From an uncultured delta proteobacterium (GTDB lineage Bacteria; Desulfobacterota; Binatia; UBA9968), in contig CAWFJP010000014.1 in the NCBI GenBank assembly GCA_963816145.1, forward strand, positions 384,001 to 448,000: a DNA stretch of 64,000 bases, given 5' to 3'. A model generated the notes under the pieces. The model was not told the origin of the DNA, searched no databases, and saw only the letters and a program-made list of their open reading frames with translations. The position numbers were made by a program, and so were the translations under genes. Positions within the stretch are counted from its first letter, which is position 1; each line of letters starts with the position of its first letter. Shown piece by piece: positions 11,764 to 21,169 of the stretch.

Positions 11764-12632
11764 TCAATTGGCGGCGCGGACTTTGACGACGTAGTAGTTG
11801 AGCGGGCCTTTGACTTCCTTGAACCAGTGCGGCGTGTTGTGCGGCACGACGATCACGTCGCCTTTGCTGACGCTGCGGCTCTCGCCGCCATCGACATCGC
11901 TGCCGCGAATCTCTTCGGGTTCAATGTTTTTACCGGCGACAATAGTGCCGCCGGTGACCAATGTCGCGCTGCCGTCGAGCATGTAGATTATGTCGGTATC
12001 TCGGGTGTTGACTTCGACCACGCCAGGATCGTCACGGTGGCTGGCGTGGACTTTATAGTTGGCGATTTCCAGTAGCGGCATGCCTTTTTCAAATGCCTTG
12101 CTCACTTGACCTGCGGAAAAGTATTTCACCTTGGGCGCCGCTGCTTGCGCCACGTCAGTTTCTGCGGTGAACGCCAACACGCCGGCCTTGGCGATGTCTT
12201 CGTCTTCCTGCGGCGTGTTGCCGCTGACGCCGATGGCGCCGATGTCTTGCCCTCGTAGATCAGCGGCAGTCCGCCTTGCAGCGGTGTCGCGCCAGGCAAG
12301 ACCAGCGACGCCACGCGGCCGTTCTTGATCTGGTCTTCGAAATCCCGGCTCGGCCGGCGAAAGATCGCCGCGGTGCGCGCCTTGCCGATGCCGACGTCGA
12401 CGCTGGCAACCTGCGTGTCGTCGAGACGCTTGACGATCACGGATACCCGCCGTCGTCGACGACGACAATGACCACGGTGGCGTTGCGTTTCTTGGCTTCT
12501 GTTTCCGCGGCAGCGGCAATCTTCTCCGCCGCAGCCAGTGTGAGTATCTTCTTGTCTGATAGCTGTGCCGAGCCAGTTGAAGGCGCGATCAGCAAGAGAA
12601 ACAAACATCGAAAAAATTATGTTGAGTTGCAT
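11764..12632 (-). CDS. GlcG/HbpS heme-binding domain fused to C-terminal cupin (frameshifted)
   Basis: IGKARTAAIFRRPS, LQGGLPL, IGAIGVSG; then cupin DIIYMLDGSATLVTGG...GDVIVVPHNTPHWF. Confidence 0.8.
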
Positions 12633-12694
12633 AGCTGCTCTCCTTGATCCGGAGCTCGAACTTTTGAACCTGGAACCTTTGAACGGTGCTTTTC

Positions 12695-13168
12695 TTATCG
12701 CAGCGCTGCCGCGCCGGCCATGGCGAGATCTTCATCCTGCTGGGCGCTGGCGGCGCCGCTGACGCCGATGGCGCCGACGATTTGGCCATCGACCATGATC
12801 GGCACACCGCCTTGCAACGGTGTGAAGTCGTTGAGCGAAGTCATGGCGGTGCGGCCTTGATTGATGATGTCTTCAAAGGCTTTGGTCGGCTTTTTGAAAA
12901 TCGCCGCGGTGCGCGCTTTGCCGATGGATATGTTGGCGCCGGCGGCGAAAGTGTTGTCCAAGCGCTCGACGGCCATCAAATTGCCGCCCTCGTCGACCAC
13001 CGCGATAGCTGCACCGGGCGCGTTCAATTTTTTCGCTTCAGCGACCGCTGCGGCGATGACTTTCTTGGCGCCGTCGCGGTTGAGGCCGATTTTTGCCGCG
13101 GTCTGTGCGTTCGCATTGGAAAAGACCAGGATGAAAAACAAACCTACCGTGGCTGGTAAATCTCTCAT
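12695..13168 (-). CDS. Exported GlcG/HbpS family heme-binding protein
   Basis: Signal peptide; IAVVDEGGNL, SIGKARTAA, QGGVPI, VGAIGVSGA...QDE. Confidence 0.88.
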   Translation of the reverse strand: MRDLPATVGLFFILVFSNANAQTAAKIGLNRDGAKKVIAAAVAEAKKLNAPGAAIAVVDEGGNLMAVERLDNTFAAGANISIGKARTAAIFKKPTKAFEDIINQGRTAMTSLNDFTPLQGGVPIMVDGQIVGAIGVSGAASAQQDEDLAMAGAAALR

Positions 13169-13203
13169 GGCATCTCCTATCGGATCTGTGGACGATTTGC
13201 GGG

Positions 13204-13232
13204 TTAGATGCGCGGTGTCGCCAAAGAGATGC
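13204..13232 (-). promoter_or_regulatory. Putative ECF promoter GCATC-N17-CATCTAA
   Basis: Shared motif, 36 nt upstream of the GlcG start. Confidence 0.65.
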
Positions 13233-13532
13233 GCGGCACAGGGCGGAAGGGATAATCGATAATGGGGAATGCAGGTTTTGTTGTTTGGACGATGGATGAG
13301 AAAATGACTTGGCGGATTGTGGACGTGAAGCGAAAATGAAATTCGGCAGTCAGAAATCACACGAGGGCCGGTCGCGTTTCTGATTGCCGATAGCGGATTT
13401 CTGAATTGGTTATGGGGTCTGACACAACAATCTATCAATCTTTGGTTTTGACGCTAAAGGTGAACAGGACCCGCGCGTTGGTGAACCCATTTGCGCTTAT
13501 TGCGTTGGCCGGCGCGTGAGACCGGCGCTTCC

Positions 13533-13757
13533 TCACACCTTTGACAGCCGTTTTTCGATCGCGTCAAACTCGGCTTTGGCAATGCCACAGGGATCTAGAA
13601 CGCGTTGTAGTCTACCGGATCTCCCAATAACAAAAACGCCTCTAGTCTCTGCTCGTATCAGTCGACAGGTCATCCCGCATATTTGAAGGGCATCTCTGTT
13701 GTCCGCCGACTTAGGGTAATATTCCGCCCAAACCCGGCCGATCTCTTTTTCATCCAT
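13533..13757 (-). CDS. Hypothetical protein, 74 aa
   Basis: ATG with AAGGTG RBS-like sequence; no recognised motif. Confidence 0.45.
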   Translation of the reverse strand: MDEKEIGRVWAEYYPKSADNRDALQICGMTCRLIRAETRGVFVIGRSGRLQRVLDPCGIAKAEFDAIEKRLSKV

Positions 13758-13868
13758 TGGTCACCTTAGTAGTCGAGGATCAGGAACTCGTCTCGGCGGG
13801 CGCACCTACTCACGTTGCGTCACTCGCCTGACGCACTGTACGCGCAAAAAGCCGTGGCGGATATCAAG

Positions 13869-14150
13869 TTAGCGCTTTTTCGGTTTCTTTTTCTTGGGTT
13901 TAGCTATCGGCAGCGATTGTTGCCCGAGCAAGGTTGCCAGGGTCTTACCGAGTGGAAACTTCTTTACGACGGTTTGAATAACGTCGTGCAGCTGCTTTTC
14001 GCTGCAAGTAAAGGCACGTTTTCCGTCGGCCACCGGAAGGGCGAGATCGAGCGCGTTATAGCCGATGGAGTTCCTAGGGAGGCAATCTTTCAAAAGCCTA
14101 AATTCGTCAGTGGGCAAAATAATAAAGAAGTCGCGAACCGGTTCACTCAT
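13869..14150 (-). CDS. Hypothetical protein, 93 aa with basic tail
   Basis: ORF only; Lys-rich C-terminus. Confidence 0.4.
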   Translation of the reverse strand: MSEPVRDFFIILPTDEFRLLKDCLPRNSIGYNALDLALPVADGKRAFTCSEKQLHDVIQTVVKKFPLGKTLATLLGQQSLPIAKPKKKKPKKR

Positions 14151-14239
14151 TACAGTGGTTAGTCAATACCAAATCAGGAGAATAGCAAGTCCCAGTACGG
14201 TCTCTCGCGGCCGAGACATGAAAAACGCTCGGTTCTCAC

Positions 14240-15202
14240 CTAAGCGAATTGCGCCGCGCCGGGCTCGGCCCAGCGCGGCCGGATGCCGGCCATGTCGAGG
14301 GACGCCATAACGCGTTTCGGTTCGCCGAGGTCGTTCCAACGCACGCCGGTGACTTTCAAGACCGCCAGCCGTTCGGGTTTGAGCGCCAACACTTGGTGCG
14401 AAAAGTTGACTTCGGCCAGGCGGCTATAGAGCAACTCGATCGCTTTCACTTCTGCTGTAGTGCTGAATAGCGGGGTCAGTGCGGTGAAGGAGCGATAGAG
14501 TTCTGGAATCGCGCTTTCAATTATGTCGAGCAACGCTTGCACCGAGGCGACCATGACAAAGCTGTTCCACAGGCAGCCGCGCAGTTGCAGGACCTGGGCG
14601 AGCATGTGGTTGGGTTTTTCCCAGAAGCGCCGCACGCCGAACAATTTCGCGTCGCCATGAACTGCCTGTGCCGGTTCGATCCAACCATACTCCACTTCCG
14701 GGCTTTCCGGCTCGACGCCGAGGAGCACGACCAGATCGGGCCGCATGGCGGCGGTATCGAGAGCGCTGCGGATCTGCGCCATGAACTTGGCGTTATCGGA
14801 GATGTAATGATCGGAAGGAAAGAAAGCGACGATGGCGCGCGGATCCCGCGCCGCGATGCGCAGGAGGCTATAAAGGATCGCCGGCGCGGTGCCGCGATTG
14901 CCCGGCTGCACGACTAAGCTGTCAGTCGGTTCATTGATCAACAGCGGCCGGTAAAAGTTTTCATGGGCGCGGTTGACGACAAAGAGCGTGCGCTCCGGGA
15001 TGATCTCCAAAGCCGCGCGGTCTTGGGTTTCTTCGAGCAGCGTGGCGCGGCCGAGCACCGAGCAGAATTGTTTGGGCCTCTCGTCGCCGGCGATATGCCG
15101 AGTCAGAGATTTGAGCCGGGTGCCGTCGCCGCCGGCCAAGATCACCGCCCAGTCGTTGCTGTGCGCGTTGCCCGAGATGTTTTGCTCCTGCCGTTTCGTC
15201 AT
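14240..15202 (-). CDS. Sugar-phosphate nucleotidyltransferase (mannose-1-phosphate guanylyltransferase-like)
   Basis: WAVILAGGDGTRL, PKQFC, NRGTAPA, FPSDH, EYGWIE, FWEKP, WNDLG. Confidence 0.88.
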   Translation of the reverse strand: MTKRQEQNISGNAHSNDWAVILAGGDGTRLKSLTRHIAGDERPKQFCSVLGRATLLEETQDRAALEIIPERTLFVVNRAHENFYRPLLINEPTDSLVVQPGNRGTAPAILYSLLRIAARDPRAIVAFFPSDHYISDNAKFMAQIRSALDTAAMRPDLVVLLGVEPESPEVEYGWIEPAQAVHGDAKLFGVRRFWEKPNHMLAQVLQLRGCLWNSFVMVASVQALLDIIESAIPELYRSFTALTPLFSTTAEVKAIELLYSRLAEVNFSHQVLALKPERLAVLKVTGVRWNDLGEPKRVMASLDMAGIRPRWAEPGAAQFA

Positions 15203-15318
15203 TCTGTCCTCGTGGTCTGCTGTTGATCGGTAAGTCTGCACGGTTGTTGTTTGTTTCGTTACGGTTACGCTTTTGCTTGTTTTTTTAGATGCCGCGGGCG
15301 GCGTGATCGGTGCACCGA

Positions 15319-15936
15319 TCACATGCCGCCATCTCCGCCGGCGCCACCCGATCGGGTGCTTGATTCGTCGCGCCGAGCGCGGTCGATCTCTTGGTCAAAT
15401 TCCTCGGCGATGTCCTGGGCCGCTGTCGCCAACTCGTTATCACCCAATCTGGCGGCCAAGGTTTGCTTGACTGCGCCGCGAATCGCCATACCGGGGTCCC
15501 AATAGAGACCGTACACCCGGTCCGCAGCGATGTACTCAAGCGTGTCGTCGATCGCTTTGAGGCCAGCTTCGATCTCTTTCCGGCCGCGTTCGCGTTCGCT
15601 TGTCCGCAGCATGGCCAAACCGAGATAGACATGTGCTAACGGATCGCCTGGGTGAATGCTGACCGCCTTTTCCAGGGTCTTCCGCGCTGCGGCGTAATCG
15701 CCGGTTTCGTAGTAGGCCCGGCCCAAATAGGTAAGCACTCGTTCCGGCACCCGATCGGGGGTTTTGTAATTGGGATCCAATTCCGCCGCGCGCGCCAGAT
15801 AGCCGATGGCCTCGTTGGGCCGTCCGGTCTGCAGCGCATTGCGGCCGGCAAGAAAGTCGGTGCCGACACTGCTGCAGCCGGAGAGGTAGATGAGTGCCGA
15901 TAAGCAGGCTGGCGCCATGAGCTTGGTTACTTTCAT
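15319..15936 (-). CDS. Tetratricopeptide-repeat lipoprotein
   Basis: Lipobox LSGC; TPR pattern LGRAYYETGDYAAARKTLEKAVSIHP. Confidence 0.8.
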   Translation of the reverse strand: MKVTKLMAPACLSALIYLSGCSSVGTDFLAGRNALQTGRPNEAIGYLARAAELDPNYKTPDRVPERVLTYLGRAYYETGDYAAARKTLEKAVSIHPGDPLAHVYLGLAMLRTSERERGRKEIEAGLKAIDDTLEYIAADRVYGLYWDPGMAIRGAVKQTLAARLGDNELATAAQDIAEEFDQEIDRARRDESSTRSGGAGGDGGM

Positions 15937-15977
15937 GGAGAACCTTCCGATTTTTGTTTGACGCTACACCTCTCCGT

Positions 15978-16767
15978 TTAGCTGTGGAAGGGCGGTTTGC
16001 CGCAGAAGATGCAGCGCTTGGGATTATCATGATGCAACTTGGCGCAGGCGACGCGTGAAACGCCTTGCTTTCGGACATAGACTTCGGCAGCGGCGAGCAT
16101 GCCGATCAGCGGTGCTGTGAAATAAACCCACAGGCTCGTCCAAGAGTTCCCGACTAACGCCGAGGCGAAGCTGCGCGCCGGATTCATGCTCATGCCCGAG
16201 ATCGGCGCTTCGAGCGTAATGTAAGTCGCTACCAATATGCCGGCGCACACACCGGTGAATTTATGCAGCTTGGCGTGACTCGACACATGCAAAATGACCG
16301 TCATGAGAATGAAGCTGATAATAACTTCGGCGCTGAACGCTGCGAGAGCGCCCCACGCACCAGGAATGGTCACGACATAATTGACCGACGCATGCGCCGC
16401 CCTGGGATGAAGCAACTGTGCTGCGGCGATGCGCACCGATGGTGCCGCCGAGAAATTGCCCGGCGACGTAAAAGACCGCGTCCCACCTGGCGACCTTGCC
16501 GAGCCTAAAAAAAGTTAAGGTCGTCGCCGGATTGATGTGCGCGCCGGATTGTTGGCCCCAGGGGGAATATATGATGGCGATCGCCGTGCCGCCCATCGCC
16601 AGGCCCATCAAGAAACGGCGCAGTGTGGCATTAGCGATAGCCTGGTGGACGGCGGAGGATGGGTGTTCGAGCAGGGTGGCGAAGCTGAACGCCGAGATCA
16701 TGAACAGACCCAGGCAAATCGCTTCGATCAAGTATTCCGGCCAGTGGTGTTTGAGAGCATCCGCCAT
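15978..16767 (-). CDS. Aquaporin (MIP family), one frameshift near 16435
   Basis: SGAHINPA and SMNPARS NPA boxes; C-terminal CAKLHH...CIFC. Confidence 0.9.
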
Positions 16768-16809
16768 GCGCTATTGGATGACGGTGCGCAAGCGAACGGT
16801 GCGGATAAT

Positions 16810-16867
16810 CGTGATCGTGCCTCGTGTTCGTGATTCCGAGCGAACACGAGCCACGAGCACGAACACG
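16810..16867. repeat. Palindromic 6-mer array (CGTGxT / AxCACG)
   Basis: cgtgatcgtgcctcgtgttcgtg ... cgaacacgagccacgagcacgaacacg. Confidence 0.7.
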
Positions 16868-16868
16868 T

Positions 16869-17982
16869 TTAATTCAGTTGGATTACATTTTTGATCCCGG
16901 TGGCTTTGCCGAGCAGCAGCTCGCGATGGTCGGCCATGGCAAAGCGGCCGGTGATCAAAGATTTGACCGCCTCGGGCCAGCTGTCGTTGAAGGTCTGCAA
17001 CTCACGAATCGCAGTTTCGAAGGTATCGCGTCCGGCGTTGACGGTGCCGAAGACCACTTGGTTCTTGAGTACCAGATTGCGCATCATTAGATCGGTGTCG
17101 ACTTCCACCGGCCCTTTGCGGCCGGGAACGCCGGTAAAAATAAAGATGCCGTTGGTGCCGAGATATTGCATCATGTCGAAGGACAAGCGCGACGCGCCGG
17201 TGGCCTCGTAGACCAAGTCGACGTTGCCGATCTCCGACCGCCAATTGTTCGAGCGAATGGGTCTGCGCCGAGCGGTATTGGGCGCCAATCATTTCGGCGA
17301 CGGCGGATTTGGCATTGGGGGCCGGTTCGCGGGCGTAAACGTAGGTGTCGAAATCGGCATTCACCAGAGCCATCGCTCCTAAGAGTCCGACTGGACCGGC
17401 GCCCAGCACCACGGCTTTATGGCAGTGAGCCTGGGCTTTGCCCGGCGCCACAGAGCACCCCCAAGGCAACCGTTGCTGGATGTTCCAGACCTGGGCCAAA
17501 CCTTTTTCCGCGATGGTGAGCGGCTCGACGAGAACGGCGATGTCGCGCAGAGCCGTGGGCACGAGGTTCATAAATTTTTCATCGTCGACGACAAACTGCG
17601 CCATGAAGCCGTGCTGCTCTTTAATCCCCCGTTCGGTGAAATCGCCGGTGAAGCAAAAGTCCTGGCGGCTTGCGCGGCAGGCCATGCAATAATCGTGGGG
17701 GCAGGGACGGCGCACCATTGGCACCACCAGGTCGCCGACTTTGACCCTGGTAACATTGGCGCCGACCTCGACGACTTCGCCAAGCGATTCATGACCGATC
17801 ACGAGATCCGCCATGCCGGACGGCGGCGTGCCATATTCGAAGGAGCAGATTTCCCGGTCGGTGCCGCAGACACCCGCTTCGACCATGCGCAGCTTGACGT
17901 CGGTGGGCGATGACAGTTTGGGTTCGGCCAGGTCGATCAGCGAAACAGCTTTGCTTGACGCGGTGACAGCGATGGCGCGCAT
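16869..17982 (-). CDS. Zn-dependent glucose 1-dehydrogenase (MDR family), frameshift near 17240
   Basis: GVCGTDRE, IGHESLGEV, VRRPC...C..C...RQDFC, ERGI, LVEPLT, GAGPVG, NLVLKNQVVFGTVNA. Confidence 0.85.
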
Positions 17983-18097
17983 GGTGTGCTCCTATATTTT
18001 TGTACTCCGAAATAGTTAAATCGTTAGTTCGAATCGCGGGAAAGTTTGGCAGGGAAATCCACCGACAATCAGCCGCCTGCCTTGCAATTGTAACTTC

Positions 18098-18126
18098 TTA
18101 GATGAGGCTGGTCGGAGAATAGTTGC
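18098..18126 (-). promoter_or_regulatory. Putative ECF promoter GCAAC-N17-CATCTAA
   Basis: Shared motif upstream of the glucose dehydrogenase operon. Confidence 0.65.
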
Positions 18127-18157
18127 AGCTCAATCGATCTGGCAGCCGGATCGAATG

Positions 18158-18418
18158 CTACGGCCGTAGCGTCAAATGCAACGGCGGCTGGTTCGGCAAG
18201 TGTCCGCGCAGAAAGCTCCGGCTCAATTCGATGGTCTTTTTGTAGGTTGCCAAAAATGCGCCGCAGTCTCGGCAGGCGCTCAGGTGGTTTTCGAACGCTA
18301 GGCGATCGGATCTGCTCAGATTGTTAGTGAGATAATCGCTGATCAGACTGACTTCGTCTCGACAGGTCGAGATCGGGCGGTGAGCGCTGCGGTTTTTTCT
18401 GGCTGGCTTCGAAATCAT
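18158..18418 (-). CDS. zf-HC2 (ZAS) anti-sigma-like protein, copy 2
   Basis: CRDEVSLISDYL...FENHLSACRDC (HxxxCxxC). Confidence 0.85.
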   Translation of the reverse strand: MISKPARKNRSAHRPISTCRDEVSLISDYLTNNLSRSDRLAFENHLSACRDCGAFLATYKKTIELSRSFLRGHLPNQPPLHLTLRP

Positions 18419-18514
18419 GTGTGTATCCGGCGCGGCGGCGGTGCTATTTCACCCGGTGAATGGTCACCTGATCAGCTCGGCCCTTGGTATCCTCAGAGCA
18501 ATTTTGGAGTTGCC

Positions 18515-18739
18515 CTAAGCGCATGCCGCGCCACGCCGCCTCGGTCTGCCGCTGGCCAGACGTACCGGCGCTAATTTATGACCGAATCGGACGCGATATG
18601 AGGAGAATATATTTTCTAGACTCTCGATCACCGAAGCATCGTCCGTGGTCTGGCTGGTCAGCGCCTGTAAGATTTCCAGCAAATTCGTCTTGATTGTCGT
18701 GGCTTTGATTTTTACGTAGTTGTTTCGGCTGGTTTTCAC
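18515..18739 (-). CDS. Small hypothetical protein, 74 aa
   Basis: GTG start with GGAGG RBS, directly downstream of an ECF-type promoter. Confidence 0.6.
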   Translation of the reverse strand: MKTSRNNYVKIKATTIKTNLLEILQALTSQTTDDASVIESLENIFSSYRVRFGHKLAPVRLASGRPRRRGAACA

Positions 18740-18773
18740 GTGGGACCCCTCCCTGTTGGTTGCATTCCTACAG

Positions 18774-18802
18774 TTAGACGTGTGTTCTTGGAAATAGGTT
18801 TC
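18774..18802 (-). promoter_or_regulatory. Putative ECF promoter GAAAC-N17-CGTCTAA
   Basis: Shared motif. Confidence 0.65.
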
Positions 18803-19069
18803 AGATTATCCAGGTTTTCTTACGCCGCCGCAGCCAGACCTGCGGGACGGCTATAAATCTCCGGGCTCTCGACCGATTCGTACATTAGCCCGAGACCTAG
18901 GTTTCCTTAGCGCATCGTCCGAAGATCTTGCGAGCCGTCATGTCAGTGCCAATGCGGGCCACCGCGCGATTCCCCGGAAAGTGGCGCCGCGTTAGCGATT
19001 CATATCAGTTGGTTAATGTTTCAATCCAGGGTGTTGGGAATCCCTCACCTTTAGGCGAAGCGAGGATTT

Positions 19070-19190
19070 GTCATGCCGGCGCAGGCGGCATCTATCGTTG
19101 GTTACATTGGAAGGCCGAAGAAAACCTGGATTCCGGCCTGCGCCGGAATGACGAAAGAGAGTGTCGACTTCCAGTCGACGAATTCAGAAC
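19070..19190. repeat. REP-like GTCAT(G/T)CCGGC doublet with GTCGAC hairpin tail
   Basis: gtcatgccggcgcaggcggcatc ... ggattccggcctgcgccggaatgac ... gtcgacttccagtcgacgaattcagaac. Confidence 0.8.
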
Positions 19191-19215
19191 CCATTGGCTT
19201 GGAGCCGAGGGTGAT

Positions 19216-19389
19216 TCAGTTTCGGCTGGCGTTATCGGTCTGGGTTGGTTGACGCTTACGCAGATAATTCCGGCGCGCCTGCAACCAAGTGGCGCTTGGC
19301 CACTCCCAGCGCAGGTGCGGCAGTTCGTGCTCGTCGTAGTAGCCGTCATTGACCGGGCTTTGGCTGAAAATCGCTTCCCAGGAATTCAT
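19216..19389 (-). CDS. Small Trp-rich hypothetical protein, 57 aa
   Basis: ATG with GAGGAG RBS; MNSWEAIFSQSPVNDGYYDEHELPHLRWEWPSATW...; ECF-type promoter upstream. Confidence 0.55.
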   Translation of the reverse strand: MNSWEAIFSQSPVNDGYYDEHELPHLRWEWPSATWLQARRNYLRKRQPTQTDNASRN

Positions 19390-19459
19390 GGTTATTGCTC
19401 CTCGTCTAGGGTCTCGACGTTGTTGCTGTGCCAAGGGGTCGGCCGTCAGCATTTGTCGG

Positions 19460-19488
19460 TTAGACGCTAGTGGAGCTGTTTTCGGTGC
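19460..19488 (-). promoter_or_regulatory. Putative ECF promoter GCACC-N17-CGTCTAA
   Basis: Shared motif. Confidence 0.65.
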
Positions 19489-19587
19489 GGGTAGTCGATA
19501 TGCGTTGTCATTTCGAGCGCAGCGAGAAATCTCTTCGCCTTGCGGCTCAGGAAGGAATATGCAACAGAACCAAGTCGCGAACGGCGA

Positions 19588-19908
19588 TTACGCCGCCAGC
19601 TGGCAAATCTGGGTAATCAGGTATAAAACGATGGCGCTGATACGGCGGAGTTTTTTGCGCAGGAAGCCGAGAACGTTGTCGCGCACTTTGGGCGGAATCT
19701 CTTCCGTATGCAAAGTCGCCGTGCTTTGCACGGTCTTTTTGTAAGTATTCACAAAACTGACGCAGTCGGGACAGATGCTCAGGTGCCTGGCAAATTCCTG
19801 CTTAACGGTTGGGCTGAGTTTGTCGGTCAGGTAGTCCAACATCAGATCCGCGATCTGTTTGCAGGTTTTTGCGGACAATGGGCGGCGTGTGGTTTTTACT
19901 TGGGGCAT
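19588..19908 (-). CDS. zf-HC2 (ZAS) anti-sigma factor
   Basis: CKQIADLMLDYL...FARHLSICPDC; immediately downstream of the ECF sigma gene. Confidence 0.9.
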   Translation of the reverse strand: MPQVKTTRRPLSAKTCKQIADLMLDYLTDKLSPTVKQEFARHLSICPDCVSFVNTYKKTVQSTATLHTEEIPPKVRDNVLGFLRKKLRRISAIVLYLITQICQLAA

Positions 19909-19922
19909 CGGTGACTCTTTCT

Positions 19923-20684
19923 TTACGCTGCGGAGTAGCCGAGTTGGACGGCCAGTTTGCCGCGCAGGAACAGGCGCGCGCGATGCAGCCGGGTCTTGAC
20001 TGCCGAGACGGTCAAGCCGGTGGCAGCGGCGATTTCCTTGTCGGACAAGCCTTCGAGATCGCTCAAGACGATGACGGTTTTGTCTACCGGCTTCAATTGA
20101 TCGAGGGCTCTGGCGATCAGACCCTGGGTTTCGCTCTTGGCGTAGTGTTCGTCGAGGGTATCCGACCAGTCGACCACCGGCCGCATTCGGTGGTGGCCGT
20201 CGTCTTGAAACTTGGGCAAAAATTCATCGTAGGCCACTTCCTTGGATTTCTTGCTGCGGCGAATCCGACCCAAAGCTGCGTTGACGGTGAGCCGATAGAG
20301 CCAGGTGGAGAATTGCGAATGGCCCTGGAACAAATGGGCTTTGCGGAACGCGGTATGAAAAACGTCCTGGATCACTTCTTCGGCATCCGGAGCATCGCCG
20401 CCGAGTATGCGCAAGGCGAGGTTGTAAAGTTTGCCCGAGTAGAGATGGAAAATATTCTCCAGCGCGTCGTGATCGCCGGCCTTGAGGCGCTCGATCAAGC
20501 CGGTATCGGCTTCGGCGCCTTTGGCGCGACGTGTCGGTGCGCTCGAGCGAACCACACCGCGCTGTGGCAATGGCCGAGCCATCCGTGTCTCGGTGAGCTT
20601 GGGAGTGATGGCGAAGTTGGTTTCGCGGGACATAAGAATCTCCTCGTTTGCTGTAATCGACTCGGCAAAACTTCTTTGAATCAT
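19923..20684 (-). CDS. ECF sigma-70 factor
   Basis: Region 2 DAEEVIQDVF...FQGHSQFSTWLYRLTVN; region 4 LSDLEGLSDKEIA...VKTRLHRAR. Confidence 0.93.
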   Translation of the reverse strand: MIQRSFAESITANEEILMSRETNFAITPKLTETRMARPLPQRGVVRSSAPTRRAKGAEADTGLIERLKAGDHDALENIFHLYSGKLYNLALRILGGDAPDAEEVIQDVFHTAFRKAHLFQGHSQFSTWLYRLTVNAALGRIRRSKKSKEVAYDEFLPKFQDDGHHRMRPVVDWSDTLDEHYAKSETQGLIARALDQLKPVDKTVIVLSDLEGLSDKEIAAATGLTVSAVKTRLHRARLFLRGKLAVQLGYSAA

Positions 20685-20965
20685 TCCGCTAACTCCCCTT
20701 TGGCAATTGTCTCTAAGAGCGTAGCGATGAACGGCGAGCAGTTGATGATCCGCAGTTTTTCATTGCTCATATCGATCAAACCGCGCGCCGCTTGATCGTT
20801 CATGAACTCGACTCCCGCCATGTCCAAGATGACGGTGCATTCGACGCCGTCGCGATGCGCCGTACAGGCATCGGTCAAGTCGCTAAAGGCCTCATTCGAT
20901 AGGGTACCGTCGAGACGCAGGCGAACGGTGTTGCCAGTTTCAAAGCTTTCGGTGATTTTGAGCAT
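20681..20965 (-). CDS. STAS-like domain protein
   Basis: MLKIT...LRLDGTL...VILDMAGVEFMN...IINCSPFI. Confidence 0.75.
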   Translation of the reverse strand: MLKITESFETGNTVRLRLDGTLSNEAFSDLTDACTAHRDGVECTVILDMAGVEFMNDQAARGLIDMSNEKLRIINCSPFIATLLETIAKGELAE

Positions 20966-21000
20966 TTACGGTAACTCCCTGTGAACTGTTAAGCTTATAG

Positions 21001-21017
21001 AGCAGGGCTCGTGCCAA
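21001..21017 (-). promoter_or_regulatory. Sigma-54 (-24/-12) promoter for STAS-ECF-anti-sigma operon
   Basis: Minus strand TTGGCACGAGCCCTGCT fits YTGGCACG-N4-YTGCW. Confidence 0.8.
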
Positions 21018-21082
21018 TAAGCTAACTAATTGGAATTACGCATTTTTTAAATTTTAGGTCGCCTACTGGTTGTGGTATTTCG

Positions 21083-21117
21083 TCGCGATATTTCGCAACG
21101 GTTGTGAAATATCACAA
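21083..21117. promoter_or_regulatory. Putative enhancer (UAS) pair for the sigma-54 activator
   Basis: TCGCGATATTTCGCAA and TTGTGAAATATCACAA: two near-palindromic 16-mers, inverted relative to each other, 65-100 bp upstream of the -24 box. Confidence 0.6.
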
Positions 21118-21169
21118 TCGGGGGTAGTAACGGGGGAGTTGGGGATCTATCGCAGAATTTGGAGCGATT

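Noticed and set aside
18937-19015. TTGGCACTGACATGAC plus IHF-like TATCAGTTGGTTA as another sigma-54 promoter
   Set aside because: The -12 element does not match at the required spacing; an IHF-like match alone is weak evidence.
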